DNA of 61,030 bases, filler included, from Sphacelaria rigidula (GCA_964200075.2; 8 parts of 8 records of this genome joined end to end with filler, not necessarily neighbours in it); one strand, 5' to 3'. Counted from the whole stretch's first letter, positions 26,101 to 38,549 are shown. A program made the numbers and translations. Notes: a model not told the origin generated them from the letters alone.

Positions 26101-29100
26101 TCCAAGCGTAGCTCGTGCTCCAGTTTGGATTTTCCAGCCACGTGGAACACGGTAACTGCTGCCTGCACGGTACAAAGCAGACACAAGCACGAAGGACAAA
26201 GACAGGGGCAAAGAGTGATCAACACCGACGTGCCAAGGGCAAGCCAGATTGTTCGTGAAATCGAAAGAGGCAATACTTCAAGGGCACACCCCCAGTATTT
26301 CTGTGATTTCCGCGGTCCAAGACATTAACCAACAAGCCCGTGTGTGCAACCCTTTGCTGAAATTATCGAAGACGAGTTCTTCGACACAGGCAATGGACAA
26401 TACAATGGGAGGGACTATCAACACCCTGGACAATAGATGATACCGTCGAAAAATGTACTGGGTACAGTATGAAATATCTTGTCTACTGCAAAAGACGCAA
26501 TTGTCGATACTGTACGCAGTATATTTTTTTACAGTGTAATCCGTTGCCCAAGGTGTGAACTATTATATTCGACAATGTGTGTAAACTCGGAACAGTACTT
26601 GCAGCTCCACCTCCGGTAACCCTCTTCCTGCGCCGGAAATGCGCTGTGCACTGTGTGTGTGTTTCGACGGTTCGACTCCCGTTTTGCCCCTCAGAACAGA
26701 ACGTTTTTGATCACCACATGTCGGGACACTCCCGATCACCTCACTGAGAGGGGTTTGGTTCACTTGACCGACTCGCTGTGTAGGCTGCGGGATCTTGGAA
26801 GTGTGCTCTTACCGAAAACCCAACCGGACATGAGGAAAAATGTGGGGTCTACTTCACGGTGATACACTTGCCGGAATTATTTTCCACACCATCTAGGCAG
26901 TCCGTTCATTTACAGTCGGATTACCGGTTTGTTAGATGACCATTTTTTAATCCTCCGAGCGTACGGGATTTGAAGGCGTGGCTCAAAAATCTTCTTTCTG
27001 TGGGGTGATTCGTTTTATCAAAACATTCGGTAGCTACATTTCTTGTGTCGGGTCCAAAAAATCATGCAACCCCCCCCTAACAACTTGAAAAATCTGTCCC
27101 CCATAATAGGATATTCACAGGGGTGCATATGTTTTGACAAAAAATATCTGAGTTGGAATCGGAATCGGAATCGAAATCGAGATCGGACGGATTTCCAATT
27201 CCGATTTTGTAGTTGAGGTTCGGTACCGGCAGCAAAAACGCCTCAAGTGATACTTAGTATCAAAAATTGAGCCCAAACCGAGCAACAGCTCGCAAACTAC
27301 TGTCGATGCGAGCTGCTTAAAGACCGACGAAGAGACCTGCACTACTCTCCCCCTAGTGCTTGATGGCCTTCGTGCTATACGAGCTCTTTTTCAACCGCGT
27401 ACGATGCGGCTATTTCGGCTTTGATCCTTCGCGGTTGTCGCAAGACTGCACAGCACAGGCGGAGTCGAAACTGCAATATCTGGGGGCGGAAAGATCACAC
27501 GACTGATTTTACACACGTGGTTGATGCTCGCCCATGTATGGAACCGAACGCACTCGACGAAAGCATCGTGTACTCTAGCGCAGAGCCATGCTAATCTATG
27601 GATGTATGGGCGTTCTGTTGTCGGTGGTGTCAGGATACGACGCTGGATGCCCTGAAATGCTAGGCATACGTTTGCATCTTAAAATATTCTTGCGCGCTCT
27701 GACGACCGTATAAGCTCTTCACACGCGTTCTCGACAAGAATTATGAAATTATACTTGAACATGTTTCCCAGGGCTCGGGGCTCGGAGACCGAAGGCAAGA
27801 AAAGTGTTGCGGTCCAGAGTAGTGGGCCAATCACAGCACCCGTTTCCTTATTTTTTCCAAATTCGATTTTCTACTCATGTTTTTTGGAGTTGACGCCTTT
27901 AGCGCCGAGTCGTCAGTTGGACGCCAGCTGGTTAGGCTTTCGGGGCGGATTCGGAACAGTTGGTTTCTGTGCAAGTGATGCCGATTCAACAGATTGCCCA
28001 TTCCGGCGGTCAAAGGGTTACGACCGTACGTCTCATGTCACTGAAACGATTTCGCACGTTAATGCATTTTCTGTATGGTTATTCCCGTCTAAAACCACCG
28101 AGAGCACACAACGCACATGACCGTGAAAGCAGCCCCACAGCATAAGTTGCATCGAAGGGCGCTTGATTATGGGGTGCGGCGGAAAAGGAGTCTTCGGGCC
28201 GCGAATTCGTGGCCGTATGTGCGTGTCACCCGTCCGACCTTACGATACTGCGATGCGGATCCTGTATTGATTAATGATGGTAAAACTGTACGATGAAAAA
28301 CACTCGTTTGTCCGTATTGATAGGTGTCGAGAGGACATGTGCTGTATGGGCGAGACAACCAGCTGAACAGAATTCTTCGACTGGAGAGAACGCACCCCTC
28401 GTCCCCGCCCCCCTACGGAAGAACGCCGACGAGCACAGCTATGGAGTCAAACAAGTCTTCTGTGCATCGCGCCAGAGCAGATTTTTAGCGGCCTAAATCG
28501 TGCAAAGTGCAGTTTAGTGGAGGGGATATGTGCGGCTATGTGCGCCTACTTGCGGCTATGTGCGGCTTGCCGCACGAGAACAAAATATCTACGAAGGTTG
28601 CCCACTTTTCGCCGGAGGCGACAGAAACAATGCGGGAGTGTTTCCGCCCCTAGGCGAAAAAAAATGGGGCAGCTATTACGTATGCCGCCGATGAAGATTT
28701 CTTTTTCTCAGGCAACCCATGTTTTGGTAGTTTTTTTGCGCATCGAGGTGTAACCCCCCCAAAAAAATTGACTCCGACGGTGCTCCGATCACCCACGGCT
28801 CTTGTCTGCGCGTGGAGTTTCCGGCACTTTTCAAACCCCGGTATGGTGCTTGCTGTAATACAGGAGTGGTCAGGTACCCTATTCCCCGGGATTTCGGGGG
28901 GTTTAACGTGTGCACCGTACAACAGTAGGGGCCCCTCTGTAAGGTGGTATACAGTCAGTAGTATTGTACTTACCGGCAAAAACTGACTTCCTTACGGTAG
29001 ACCTCATTGTTGAAGTGGATCGATTGGGCGTCACGTACCGGAGAAGTAACACGGGTGGCGCAAGATGATCAGGACCATCCTCAGATGGGGACATCGCGTC

Positions 29101-29990
29101 ACTGCCCTGAAGTTCAATCAACTGTACTGCCTGTCTCTGTGGGAGCGAAAAACCCGACGAGGCCATATATACAGTAGTAAGTAGTGTGGTCCTGCAGCAA
29201 AGTCCCGTCTTCCAAATACAATACGCAAGCGCCGTGAACCGCGCAGCGAACTACGACCAGCATAGGGATCACAATTTGCAACTAGGGGTCGCGCATGCTA
29301 CTTCATGTCACTTGCACCTCTACCTCAATTGCATGCAACGCAGAATGCCATTCCGCGAAGCACATGTTGGTTGATCACCGCTCGGGCAGGGACGGTATCC
29401 ATATGATCGCAAAAATATAGCGCATTTATATACCACGTATGAGTTGAAGAGTATCTTATATTTATGTTCAATTGACCGAGGATTTGAAATTTGGCGCAAT
29501 TTTGAGTAGGGAGGCATATTTTAAGACGAAATCCCGCTGCTTGTGAGAACCGGTGTGACGGGTGTACATACCTTGAAATATTTGCTGCTCATCAACAATA
29601 GAAGTTCAGGGGTTCCAGGGTATGACTCATGCCGGCATCCCGGCTGGTGCTTGGCAACCAAGGGAGCTGTGGGAACGTCGGAGACAGCTAAGACCTTCGA
29701 CCCGTACTAATGGGTTCCAGAAGTCATGACGCAGCTTTTCCCGCAAAATTTACTCTTTCTTTCTCAGACCCGCGACCATTGGGCCCTCGAAAATCTACCC
29801 GAGTACTCGTAAACAATTCCTCCAGTACGCCTGCCGGTTGATCAACCGTTGACAATCCTATCAAGAGTAGATGATGCTTGGTTGATGGAATGCTTTCGCA
29901 TCCGCTTATCCGCAGCGAAACCAGGCGTGGTCTCACGATAAACGTGAAGGCGATCCTGTAGATGAAGGGAATACGCTTCATTGATGTCCA
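23150..29990 (-). CDS. Partial multi-exon gene of unknown function (span approximate; many short exons and introns)
   Basis: A series of minus-strand open segments bounded by AG/GT sites, e.g. ~26058-26162 (AAVTVFHVAGKSKLEHELRLDP...), ~25730-25845, 24377-25480, an exon starting at 24238 in phase with the previous one, ~23725-23960, ~28995-29165 and ~29570-29960. No recognisable domain. Confidence 0.45.
24377..25480 (-). CDS. Large low-complexity (G/S/R/T-rich) exon of the unidentified gene
   Basis: gaag| acceptor at 25480 and CGC|gtgagt donor at 24377 enclose 368 open codons within ORF 24323..25495. Confidence 0.7.
25980..26031. repeat. (GCACA)n pentanucleotide microsatellite
   Basis: About 10 perfect units. 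Confidence 0.95.
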
Positions 29991-30949
29991 TATATATATA
30001 TATGGACACTAATACACTAACAACACCCCGGGTAGTGTTGTTGTCTAACGTACTACCGCGAAAAAAATAGTTCCGTGCAGTACCAATGGTGTGCCGTGAG
30101 AAAATGGGTGCAATGTGAATACATCAAAACCGATTATATAACAATGTTCTACGATTCCTCCACAGCCACAATGGTAGCGACGATTTCACGCACGTGCTGT
30201 TTCTCAATTTTCCAACTCGATCGATTCGATCCGTTGGTTCGTTGATGAATGCCGTACATTAATTGAGATTAACTGACTATGTTCGCGCCGAATCCAGCCG
30301 TGGCTATGAGATGAACGTATTCATTATTGTGAATAAATAGGATGTATCACTTTTTGAGAAAACTTGAGAAAGGGGAGAATGACACGGTACTGTAGTCAAA
30401 TAACAGCCGATAACAGCCGATCATCTATGTTGAGGATGGTGCTTTTCATTGAGGATGAGAACCCGGNNNNNNNNNNNNNNNNNNNNNNNNNNNNNNNNNN
30501 NNNNNNNNNNTTAATTAATTAANNNNNNNNNNNNNNNNNNNNNNNNNNNNNNNNNNNNNNNNNNNNATCCCGGGGAGCGGTGGATTCTCATTTCAAAATA
30601 CCTTCTCATTTTTCTGGCAACCCTGTTAATTGTGTGAAATTCTTCCGTAACAGAAGAGGAGGCAAACCGACAGGTTTATCAAGTAAAAAAACAGGTATAT
30701 ATCAAAGTGTGGAATATTTGCCGTAGGCGAACGTTTCGAATGATGTCTGGCACGTACATATGCAACACATGCACATATGGTTTTTGAGGGGCAAAACTGC
30801 ATTTAGTCACACCTCAGATGTGATAATGCTGTATGTGCCTTCCTTGAGGCTCGTGGGGAGGCTTATCGCTTGAGCAATAAAGCTGGGAAGAACACATTGA
30901 AATATTCATTGTACTCGATCACATCCAACATCTTTTTTCAAGGTTGTGT

Positions 30950-31215
30950 TCTGTGGGGTACGGTTTCTGTATACCCGGGGTATTTTCCCCGGTATTTACC
31001 GTACCCGACAGTTCTGTGACTCCTGTAAGACTTTCGAACCCGACAGTTCTATAACCTGTGTGAGACTTTCAGGCCCTTACCCGATAGTTTGGTGAGTCCT
31101 GTAAGCCTCCCATACCGTTACCGCGGGGCACGAGCATGCTCTTGATGAGATACCCGGTTACGGGTATGGTTTTTCCGTGCAACATCCATACCCTACTCGA
31201 CAGTTTCTGTGGGCC
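30950..31215. repeat. TACCC/GGGTA sub-repeat element related to 41796-42306
   Basis: Repeated acccgacagttctgtga-like units, the reverse complement of the acagaactcacgga...gggta units at 41.8-42.3 kb. Confidence 0.55.
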
Positions 31216-32866
31216 AGGTTGTTAGCTTCGGGCGGTCCGTCGGATCAAAATAAACACGAGAGATACTCATTGAAACGGGGTCAGGACACCTTCACGCTTC
31301 CCGGTGGCGCAGTTTTGTTTTTGTCACACTTGCATTTTTATCCAAGAGCGGTCAAGCCCAGAATAAACTGCCAGTCTTTTCTAGACTCGAACGCTCTTGA
31401 CCGTTCTTGGACCAAATGCGAGTGCAAAGAGAAGTGCGGCTACGAGCTGGGCGGACCTAGACGCGGATTTGACTCAAAGTGGAATATCATCAACGCAGAC
31501 AAGTTGGGCCTTGATACGCACATCGTACTGGTCGTCTGATCGAGAGGGGGGTGCCCATCTGCTCGAAAGACTGGGACAATGTTTTGTCGATGTTGTTGCA
31601 CGCGAGTACCCGAGCTCGCATAGCGTTGGTGTAGTGTTGAATTCATCCTAGATTCATGTTTTCTTGTTGCACCATTTGGTCGCTGCAAGCTCAGGCAGCG
31701 TGGGAGTAGTGCTTGGTGCACCCTAGCTTTATGTTTCTAGCCACACTATACTTTTTCGCTACAATACCGGCACGATCCCGCTTGCAATTCCATTCGTCTT
31801 TCAAGTCATTAGGCCATGTACTAATATTTTCTCAACGACTCTCCCGGTCGGAGACGGTCGTTTCAGCTTTGGGTAGACCTGGGTCCATACAGACTCGTGA
31901 CCGAAGAACCGAACGTCAACTAGACCGAGCAAGGCACGGCAAGGCCTAGCTCGCGTGACAGTAATTTATTTTGGATACCTAGGGGTTCATGCAGATAAAT
32001 ACGTTTCTATACGCACAGCAGCTCTTGCCAATATCTATGGAAGGCGCAAGAACAGGTGCACTTGATCTGATGCCAACCCGCTCTCAGGTACGGAGAAGAA
32101 GTTTCAGGTCACTGGGATTAGTCCAGTAGGTAGGAGCATGAGCAACACCAACCCCCCAAGAATACAAAATGAAAGCGCGCGTGTTCATGCACCGTTTGCG
32201 TCGTTTCGTCTGCGCAGTGACTACTGAATACATTAACTGTCACTTGGTACGTGTTGGATCCAAACCGAGAAACGTACACCGTGCTCAGTCAACCAAGAGC
32301 AACATTTCGGTGTGCGTGCTACGGCACGGAGAGAACTAGTGCATGGCGTGGGTGAAGTGCCGTGTGCGTCCTAGCTTCGTGCTTCTAGCCGCACCACTTG
32401 GCCGTTACGAAAGCGCCATAACCACGTTATTGGTGTTCCCATTTGGCTGTCTGTCGGCAAAATATCAGAGGGGTTGCTGGCTCCTGCTGGCAGGGTTGCT
32501 TCCCTCCGGGTGGTTTATAAAAAAAGGCTGTCATGAAAACAATTGATGAGACAAACAAATTGGGGCCGCCAAACATAGGTCCGCCAGGATTTGTTTTCTA
32601 ATTTAGTCCGTCAGAGCCTGGCCCCAAATCTACGTCAAGACACGGTCTGAATACCCCTCCATGTAACACAAGTGGGCGTCATCAGCTTTTTCCTTCGAAT
32701 AGAAAGTGACGATGAACAACGAAGTTCAGTGTGGTCGCTGACCGACCTGTTGTATGCCATCCGTCCCTATCGTGCTTGGAAAAAGGAAACCGTACCTGCA
32801 GGAGGACGTACATTGTGAAGGTGCACAGAATCACAACACCATTTCAACCACTACCTCAACATCACC

Positions 32867-34339
32867 ATGTCAAACTCCTACGCGGTCGAAGAACGAGCAG
32901 TCCTTCAAAACTCGAAGGCCAAACTGTTTGACCTTGTATGCAAGAACGCCACGAAGGAGCAGTGGACCGCATGGCTGACGGTGCCGCTGGAACATGCTGC
33001 GGCTGCGGGTGATGTGGCCCTGGTCAACGAGCTGCTGGCAGCAGGGGCTAAAGGGAAGGCTTTCTGGAAGGGTAGCTACAATCGGACCCTGCTGTGTGCG
33101 GCTGTGCAGGGCGGAAAGCTGGAGGTGGTGAAGGCCTTGCCCAATTCAGGTGCTCAGCCAGACGTGAATGTGCTCGGCGGCCAGCGGTTGCAATCACCGC
33201 TGCACTATGCTGCACTCAATGGGTGTGAGGAAATCGCGGAGCTGCTGTTGCTGAACGGGGCTAGACCCGACTGCAAGGACAGCGAGGGCACTACTGCCAT
33301 CCACATCGCCGCTGAGCTGGGCTATCAGAGGATCGTCTCTTTGTTGCTAATAGTGAGGGCGACGGTGGACGGGCTGAGGCACGATAAGACCACCCCTCTA
33401 CACCTGGCTGCCAGGAAGGGTTACCTTGCGGTGGCGAAGCTTCTGTTGGTAGCTGGCACCAGCATGATTTCGAGAAATTACGACGGGTACTCGGCGCTCG
33501 ACTTTGCCGTCATGGGAGGACACGTGGACGTGATCAGAATGCTAGGGGAGCACGCGAAGGGTGTAAACGACGGGTGTACCACGTTGTCTGGATACAAAGG
33601 TCGTACCGCTCTGCACTGTGCGGCGCAGTACGACCAAGCAGGCGCTGTGAATGTGCTGGTCGAGCTCGGGGGTGACGTCAGAGCTTGTATATTACGTACC
33701 AATAACTCACCTCTTCATTTCGCTGCCAAAAGGGGAAGCTGCGGTGCTTTGGTCGCTCTGTTGCACCACAAGGCAAATATACATGCCAAGACTGGCGACG
33801 GCAAGTCACCGTTGATGCTCGCCTGTATGAATCTGCATCAGAAAGCAGCCGATCTCTTGCTGCGATGGGGTGCTGATGAAACCGATGTCGACAACGAAGG
33901 TCGCTCTGCTGACCAGTTCATTGGTGCTCACGTAGAAATTGACGATCATGAGGAGAGACAACAGGACATGGACAACATGCACAAGCTGCTAGCTAATGCT
34001 CCGGCTGATAGGGTTTGGCGTCGGCGGGGATGGTTGGTGCTATGTCGCGCTATCCCAAACAAGGCGTGGTTCGGTGTAGCCAGCAATCAAGAAGGTGATG
34101 ACAGCATGGAGAAGAAGCACAAAGTGAGCAGCCGGGCACTAAGCACCGTCACGCTCGGCAACACGCAGAAAGTGAACGAAATGACTGCCACTGACGATGG
34201 TGGTGGAGAAGCAGAGGAGGCGACGGGGAGTATCTGCAATGCTGGACGCGAAGCTCGGGTTGGTTCGTGCAGTGTGGAAGCCGGGGTAGTAGGATTAGAA
34301 CAGGAGGTTCTCTTCCGCCACGTTGTGACATTCTTGTAG
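32867..34339 (+). CDS. Intronless ankyrin-repeat protein (490 aa, about 9 repeats) of the brown-algal/phaeovirus-associated type
   Basis: Complete ORF with repeated TPLHxAA-type units (SPLHYAA, TAIHIAA, TPLHLAA, TALHCAA, SPLHFAA, SPLMLAC). N-terminal QWTAWLTVPLEHAAAAGD and C-terminal APADRVWRRRGWLVLCRA and LFRHVVTFL* are motifs I associate with the Ectocarpus ankyrin family. Confidence 0.92.
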   Translation: MSNSYAVEERAVLQNSKAKLFDLVCKNATKEQWTAWLTVPLEHAAAAGDVALVNELLAAGAKGKAFWKGSYNRTLLCAAVQGGKLEVVKALPNSGAQPDVNVLGGQRLQSPLHYAALNGCEEIAELLLLNGARPDCKDSEGTTAIHIAAELGYQRIVSLLLIVRATVDGLRHDKTTPLHLAARKGYLAVAKLLLVAGTSMISRNYDGYSALDFAVMGGHVDVIRMLGEHAKGVNDGCTTLSGYKGRTALHCAAQYDQAGAVNVLVELGGDVRACILRTNNSPLHFAAKRGSCGALVALLHHKANIHAKTGDGKSPLMLACMNLHQKAADLLLRWGADETDVDNEGRSADQFIGAHVEIDDHEERQQDMDNMHKLLANAPADRVWRRRGWLVLCRAIPNKAWFGVASNQEGDDSMEKKHKVSSRALSTVTLGNTQKVNEMTATDDGGGEAEEATGSICNAGREARVGSCSVEAGVVGLEQEVLFRHVVTFL

Positions 34340-34489
34340 GTGAGGAGACTGATCGATTTTGTTTGTTGATTATCGAATAAATATATTCAAAGGCTGAAAT
34401 AGAATAACGGTAAGTTACTAATATTTCGGCTCTTCAAGAAGATGGATCTTTGGAATGTTTCATGCAACAGATCCTAGACAGTACATGTT

Positions 34490-37400
34490 AGTTGCATGGG
34501 TGTTTGGTTCTGTATCTCGAAAAACGAAAAAAGCCTTGGCCTTGCGGTAAGTTGGGTCATTTACGTCGCAGTGCAAGGCTGTGCGTACGACTTGTGGAGG
34601 ACAACCCCACGATACAAGAAATACCGGGCTTTCAGGCAAGGGCGGGACGGCGATGATGGGGAGAAGGAAGGAGAGTTCACTTGCCTCAGCGTGAAGAAAA
34701 TTGATGACTTTGAGGCGCGGGAGATTGTTCGCCACATGTTCGGGGTGAACCCCAGAGACTGTACCTCATCCGGTGCGTTTCAACTATGATATCCCGATGT
34801 GAGGGATTGGAGAATCTTCGACAAGTTTGTGATGGGTTCTCATGCTCGCCCGTGTCTGGATTGGGAGCTAGTTTTGATCCATGTTGAAGGTGACTGGAAG
34901 CCGTCTTAACTATGGCAACAGGGACTCACTTATGCTTGGGTTAGGAGTTTCTGAGGACATGCAAACGCGCAAATTACCTCGGATAAGGAGATGAGAGGGG
35001 TAATGAGCACACGGTTGGAGAAACTGATGGGACTTGGCCTGGTCCGCACAGGGACTGGTAATCTGTCGTCTGACGAAGGCTCCCTCGACCATCCCATGGT
35101 GTCAAAAAAGGTAGTGTTATTCCTCTTGAGTCCCTGGAATCGTCTGCGATATTGTTCTTGCAGGGAAAACCCAATCCAAAATTGGGAATTTTACATAATA
35201 GCAGGTAGTCGACGAAAGTGTCCAACTGAAAATATCCCTGAGACGTGTGTATAATTTGATAATACACCATGTCCTTGAGGGGTGAGGTAGGATGCTGTTA
35301 CCCAAGGCTTGATCGGAGATAAAACCCGCGCTCGAGTAGGAGGGCGATGAAGTCTAGCACTGCCATTTGAGGGTAGGTCAGGTAAGCAATACTGGAGAGA
35401 AGTTTAGGCTACAGGGTAAATTTCCACAACGGTTGAATTATACCAGACCAAAATCCCAAACTTAAGTTGAAAGCTCCAGAGAAGTAACTGTGTATTACGT
35501 CATTTGGTGGGCTGTATTCAACAGAAATTAACGATAGAGTATAAACTGCGCTTTGCGTGAGTTGAAGAATATGAAAGCACTGCCATTTTCAGGAATGGCG
35601 AAGTGAAAGGGGGCGTTACTGTACAGTGTCCCGTCTGAGAGTCAATTTGTCTCTATTGTTGACCTTCTGATCGTGATTCACTTGCCATGTACGCTGATTG
35701 TAGGGGTATGTAACTGCCGGGGTTTTTTCATGATGGCTAGTCTTGATCAAGCACGTGCGGTTGGACTGATTTCACATCAAACGAGTCGTATGTGCGGCGT
35801 TTTTCCGAAGGAAATAGGAGGATTTATAATGCGTTTGCTGAGATTGCTTCTGAGCAGACAGTACTCGATCATTCAGAGTTGAAACTTGACATCTCCAAGC
35901 AGGGAGGGAAGAACCCCAATGAAGCTGCAGCTGGTATGGCAATTCAATATTTCTCGGTTGTTGTACGAAATACACTAAGATCACGGAGAGAAAAACTTCC
36001 GGATTGTTGAGATATCTGTAGTACACCGATTTGTTTGTTGCGAGGGGTGTTTCATACACACCTATTCACCTGTGTGCGAAGCATGACGATTACAGGTACT
36101 ATCGGTGTGGACTGTGGTGTACTAGGCACAGTATTCACAGGTAGCATTTTCGGGAGCTTCAAGTACGCGATTTCTGCCCAGGTTGTTTGTTTTGGGGGAA
36201 GAAAGGGGAGGGGAGGAGAGGGGGGGGGTTCGGAAAGTACTAGACAGTAGAAGTTTATCATGGATTATGATAGGACAGGCAACGATGGAATCGGTTGCCA
36301 TGCGTTTCTATTTTTTCCCCGTTAATCGTGGATGCGTTCATTCGCATATTAGTTCCATGTGGGAGGATGTTGATTATCGAGTAATGAATGGATTGAAAGT
36401 CTGAAAAATAATAACGGGAAGATCCTATTGTTTCAGTTCTCTGAGAGGATGAATCTGTGGATTGTTTCGTAAAACAGACCCTGGACAGTACATGCTGCAT
36501 GGTTGACTGGTTCTGCAGACACGCAAGACGGTGATTGTTACATTGTCGATTGTTTCAGCGTGAGCTGTTCGTTTATATGTTGCCGTCACATGTATTCTGG
36601 ACGTCGCTCTACACCTTTCGGTGTATGTGGCGCACCAGCCGAGGTCAACACAGGAGTTTTACTTCTTTTGTTTTAGTTCTCCACCTTTCTTCTGCAGTGC
36701 GTGACTTCATGTTGTATCGCGAGAGGAGTTCAGCACTCCCTTTCCCTCGTCGACCGTTCAGTCGACTTTTGTGTACCCACGACATAGTCACCCTCCATTG
36801 TTGGGCGTTGTGTGAGAAAAATCCCAGATCGCGCCGAGATTCGAACCCACAACCCAACCGTCAGAAGGTTTCGAGGTTGCCAACTGAGCCACCGGGGCGA
36901 CCGCCTAGAGTTACGCATATCAACTCACTTCCTTCTTCTACATGTCACCTTGATGCTATTTTGCATCTGAGAGCTGGGCTTGCCCCCGAAGCCATGCCTT
37001 GTGCATCGCGCCGACCTTGATGCATCGCCTAAAATCTGGGGTCTGCGCGGCAATAGTACACGGAATATCCCAACCGTCAGCATCTAGCGAAGTTTGGGTT
37101 GGCGCGAGAGCATCGATGCAGTGTCGTTGATGAACGGAGTGTAGAATTGCGTAGGACCTGGGTGCGCTTTTGCCACACCGTTCACTGTCTTGAAGTCGAC
37201 GAGAGTAGGAGCAAGTGGATCTCGAACGAGGAAACCGGCAGCTAGGCCATTTGTATGCTTGCAGTAAGCCAGCCACACAATATGCTTAGTGCGTGCATGA
37301 GAATAAGCCGTAATTCACTTTCAAGACAGTTATTGGTGGATAAATTCCAATTTCACGAGGTGAAGTTGGTTTCTGCTGCGGGTAAAAATATGACTAACTG

Positions 37401-37665
37401 GTCTTTCGCGACTCCGTTTTTGCGTCAGGATTATTGCGACGTGATTCTTGCGATCGGGTTCTTGCGATAGTTTTTTTGCTAGATTTTTCCACTCTGAGAA
37501 CCCTATCGATTTCATTTTTGCGGGGATAACCCCGTCAAACGGACACCAAACGCATCCTGCTCCAAGGGGGACCTGGACAAACACCAGTTAACAGAGGATT
37601 CTATAAAACGAGGTTCATCAATGAAATAAGGTTCGAGCCCAAAACAGTACTTCTCCACACTTTCA
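34490..37665 (+). pseudogene. Decayed intronless coding-like tract of unknown origin, interrupted by a SINE and a MITE
   Basis: High-complexity sequence with protein-like broken frames on + (KKIDDFEAREIVRHMFGVNP; RRFSEGNRRIYNAFAEIASEQTVLDHSELKLDISKQ; TPVNRGFYKTRFINEIRFEPKTVLLHTF). No family recognised, and the strand is not certain. Confidence 0.3.
36585..36903 (-). mobile_element. tRNA-derived SINE
   Basis: Minus strand ggtcgccccGGTGGCTCAGTTGG...GGGTTCGAATCT (A and B boxes) plus the shared body. Confidence 0.8.
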
Positions 37666-37667
37666 GC

Positions 37668-37925
37668 GATGGTGCCCAATGACATTTTTGTCGGCCTAAT
37701 GACCCTCAATTGCGTAGATACTTTTTCAGCGCATTTTACCGACTCTGTGAGCTTACAGCCCTGACCGAAACTGCTGCTTTCCCTGATAGAACCCCCCCCT
37801 ACGAAATAAGTAGAAATGGCGGTTTCGGACAGCGCTGTAAGCTCCCGGAGTCGATAAAATGCGCTGAAGAAATATCTACACTATCGAGGGGGATAAGGCC
37901 GACAAGGAAGTCATTGGGCACCATC
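37668..37925. mobile_element. Foldback MITE (~258-bp imperfect palindrome)
   Basis: gatggtgcccaatgac...cagcgcatttta...ccgaaac pairs with gtttcgg...taaaatgcgctg...gtcattgggcaccatc. Confidence 0.8.
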
Positions 37926-38207
37926 AACAATGTTTTCGTGAGATTGAGAATCTACGATACGATAGAGAGCAGGCTTTTCATGGCTTTCAGCGGCCGGGTG
38001 TGTCTGCACCATTAATGGACAAAACGCTTACCTCGCACATTGGTGCAAAATCCTACCGGCAAACCTAACAATGTTTCCGTGAAATTGAGCGTTGAAAGTA
38101 CGAATGANNNNNNNNNNNNNNNNNNNNNNNNNNNNNNNNNNNNNNNNNNNNTTAATTAATTAANNNNNNNNNNNNNNNNNNNNNNNNNNNNNNNNNNNNN
38201 NNNNNNN

Positions 38208-38327
38208 TCGCTCTCCACTGTTGGGCATGTTGTGAGAAAAAATCCTAGAGCGCTCCCGGAGTTGAACTCCTCTACTCAACCATCAGAAGGTTACGACGTT
38301 ACCAACTGAGCCACCGGGGCGAACGGC
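38208..38327 (-). mobile_element. tRNA-derived SINE head, cut by the contig edge
   Basis: ccaactgagccaccggggcga and tgtgagaaaaaatcc are shared with the other copies. Confidence 0.7.
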
Positions 38328-38549
38328 TAACGATCGCTTAATCCACTATAATATCATCATGTGCACCTCTCACCTCCGTCGTTCGTCTTTTGTGTGTGCG
38401 CGCGCGCGCGTGTGTGTGTGTGTGTTTGTGTTTTATCTTCTTGCCCCTTCGATTGCTCTCTCTCTCTCGTCTGTTGTGAAAAACACGCAATAATGGATGG
38501 ATGATGACGAATAAACATGTCAAACAACAACAACAACAACAATGGCAAG

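Noticed and set aside
36830..36903. tRNA gene candidates (also at 10540-10616, 38255-38327 and 51535-51610)
   Set aside because: A and B boxes are present, but the acceptor and D stems do not pair properly, and each is fused to the same downstream body. These are SINE heads.
36950..37450. Minus-strand fragments loosely resembling RT or RdRp motifs (RERPVSH, LVDFK, QGMASGASP)
   Set aside because: They are in different frames, with no YxDD or GDD/GDN core at the expected spacing. The opposite strand looks at least as protein-like.
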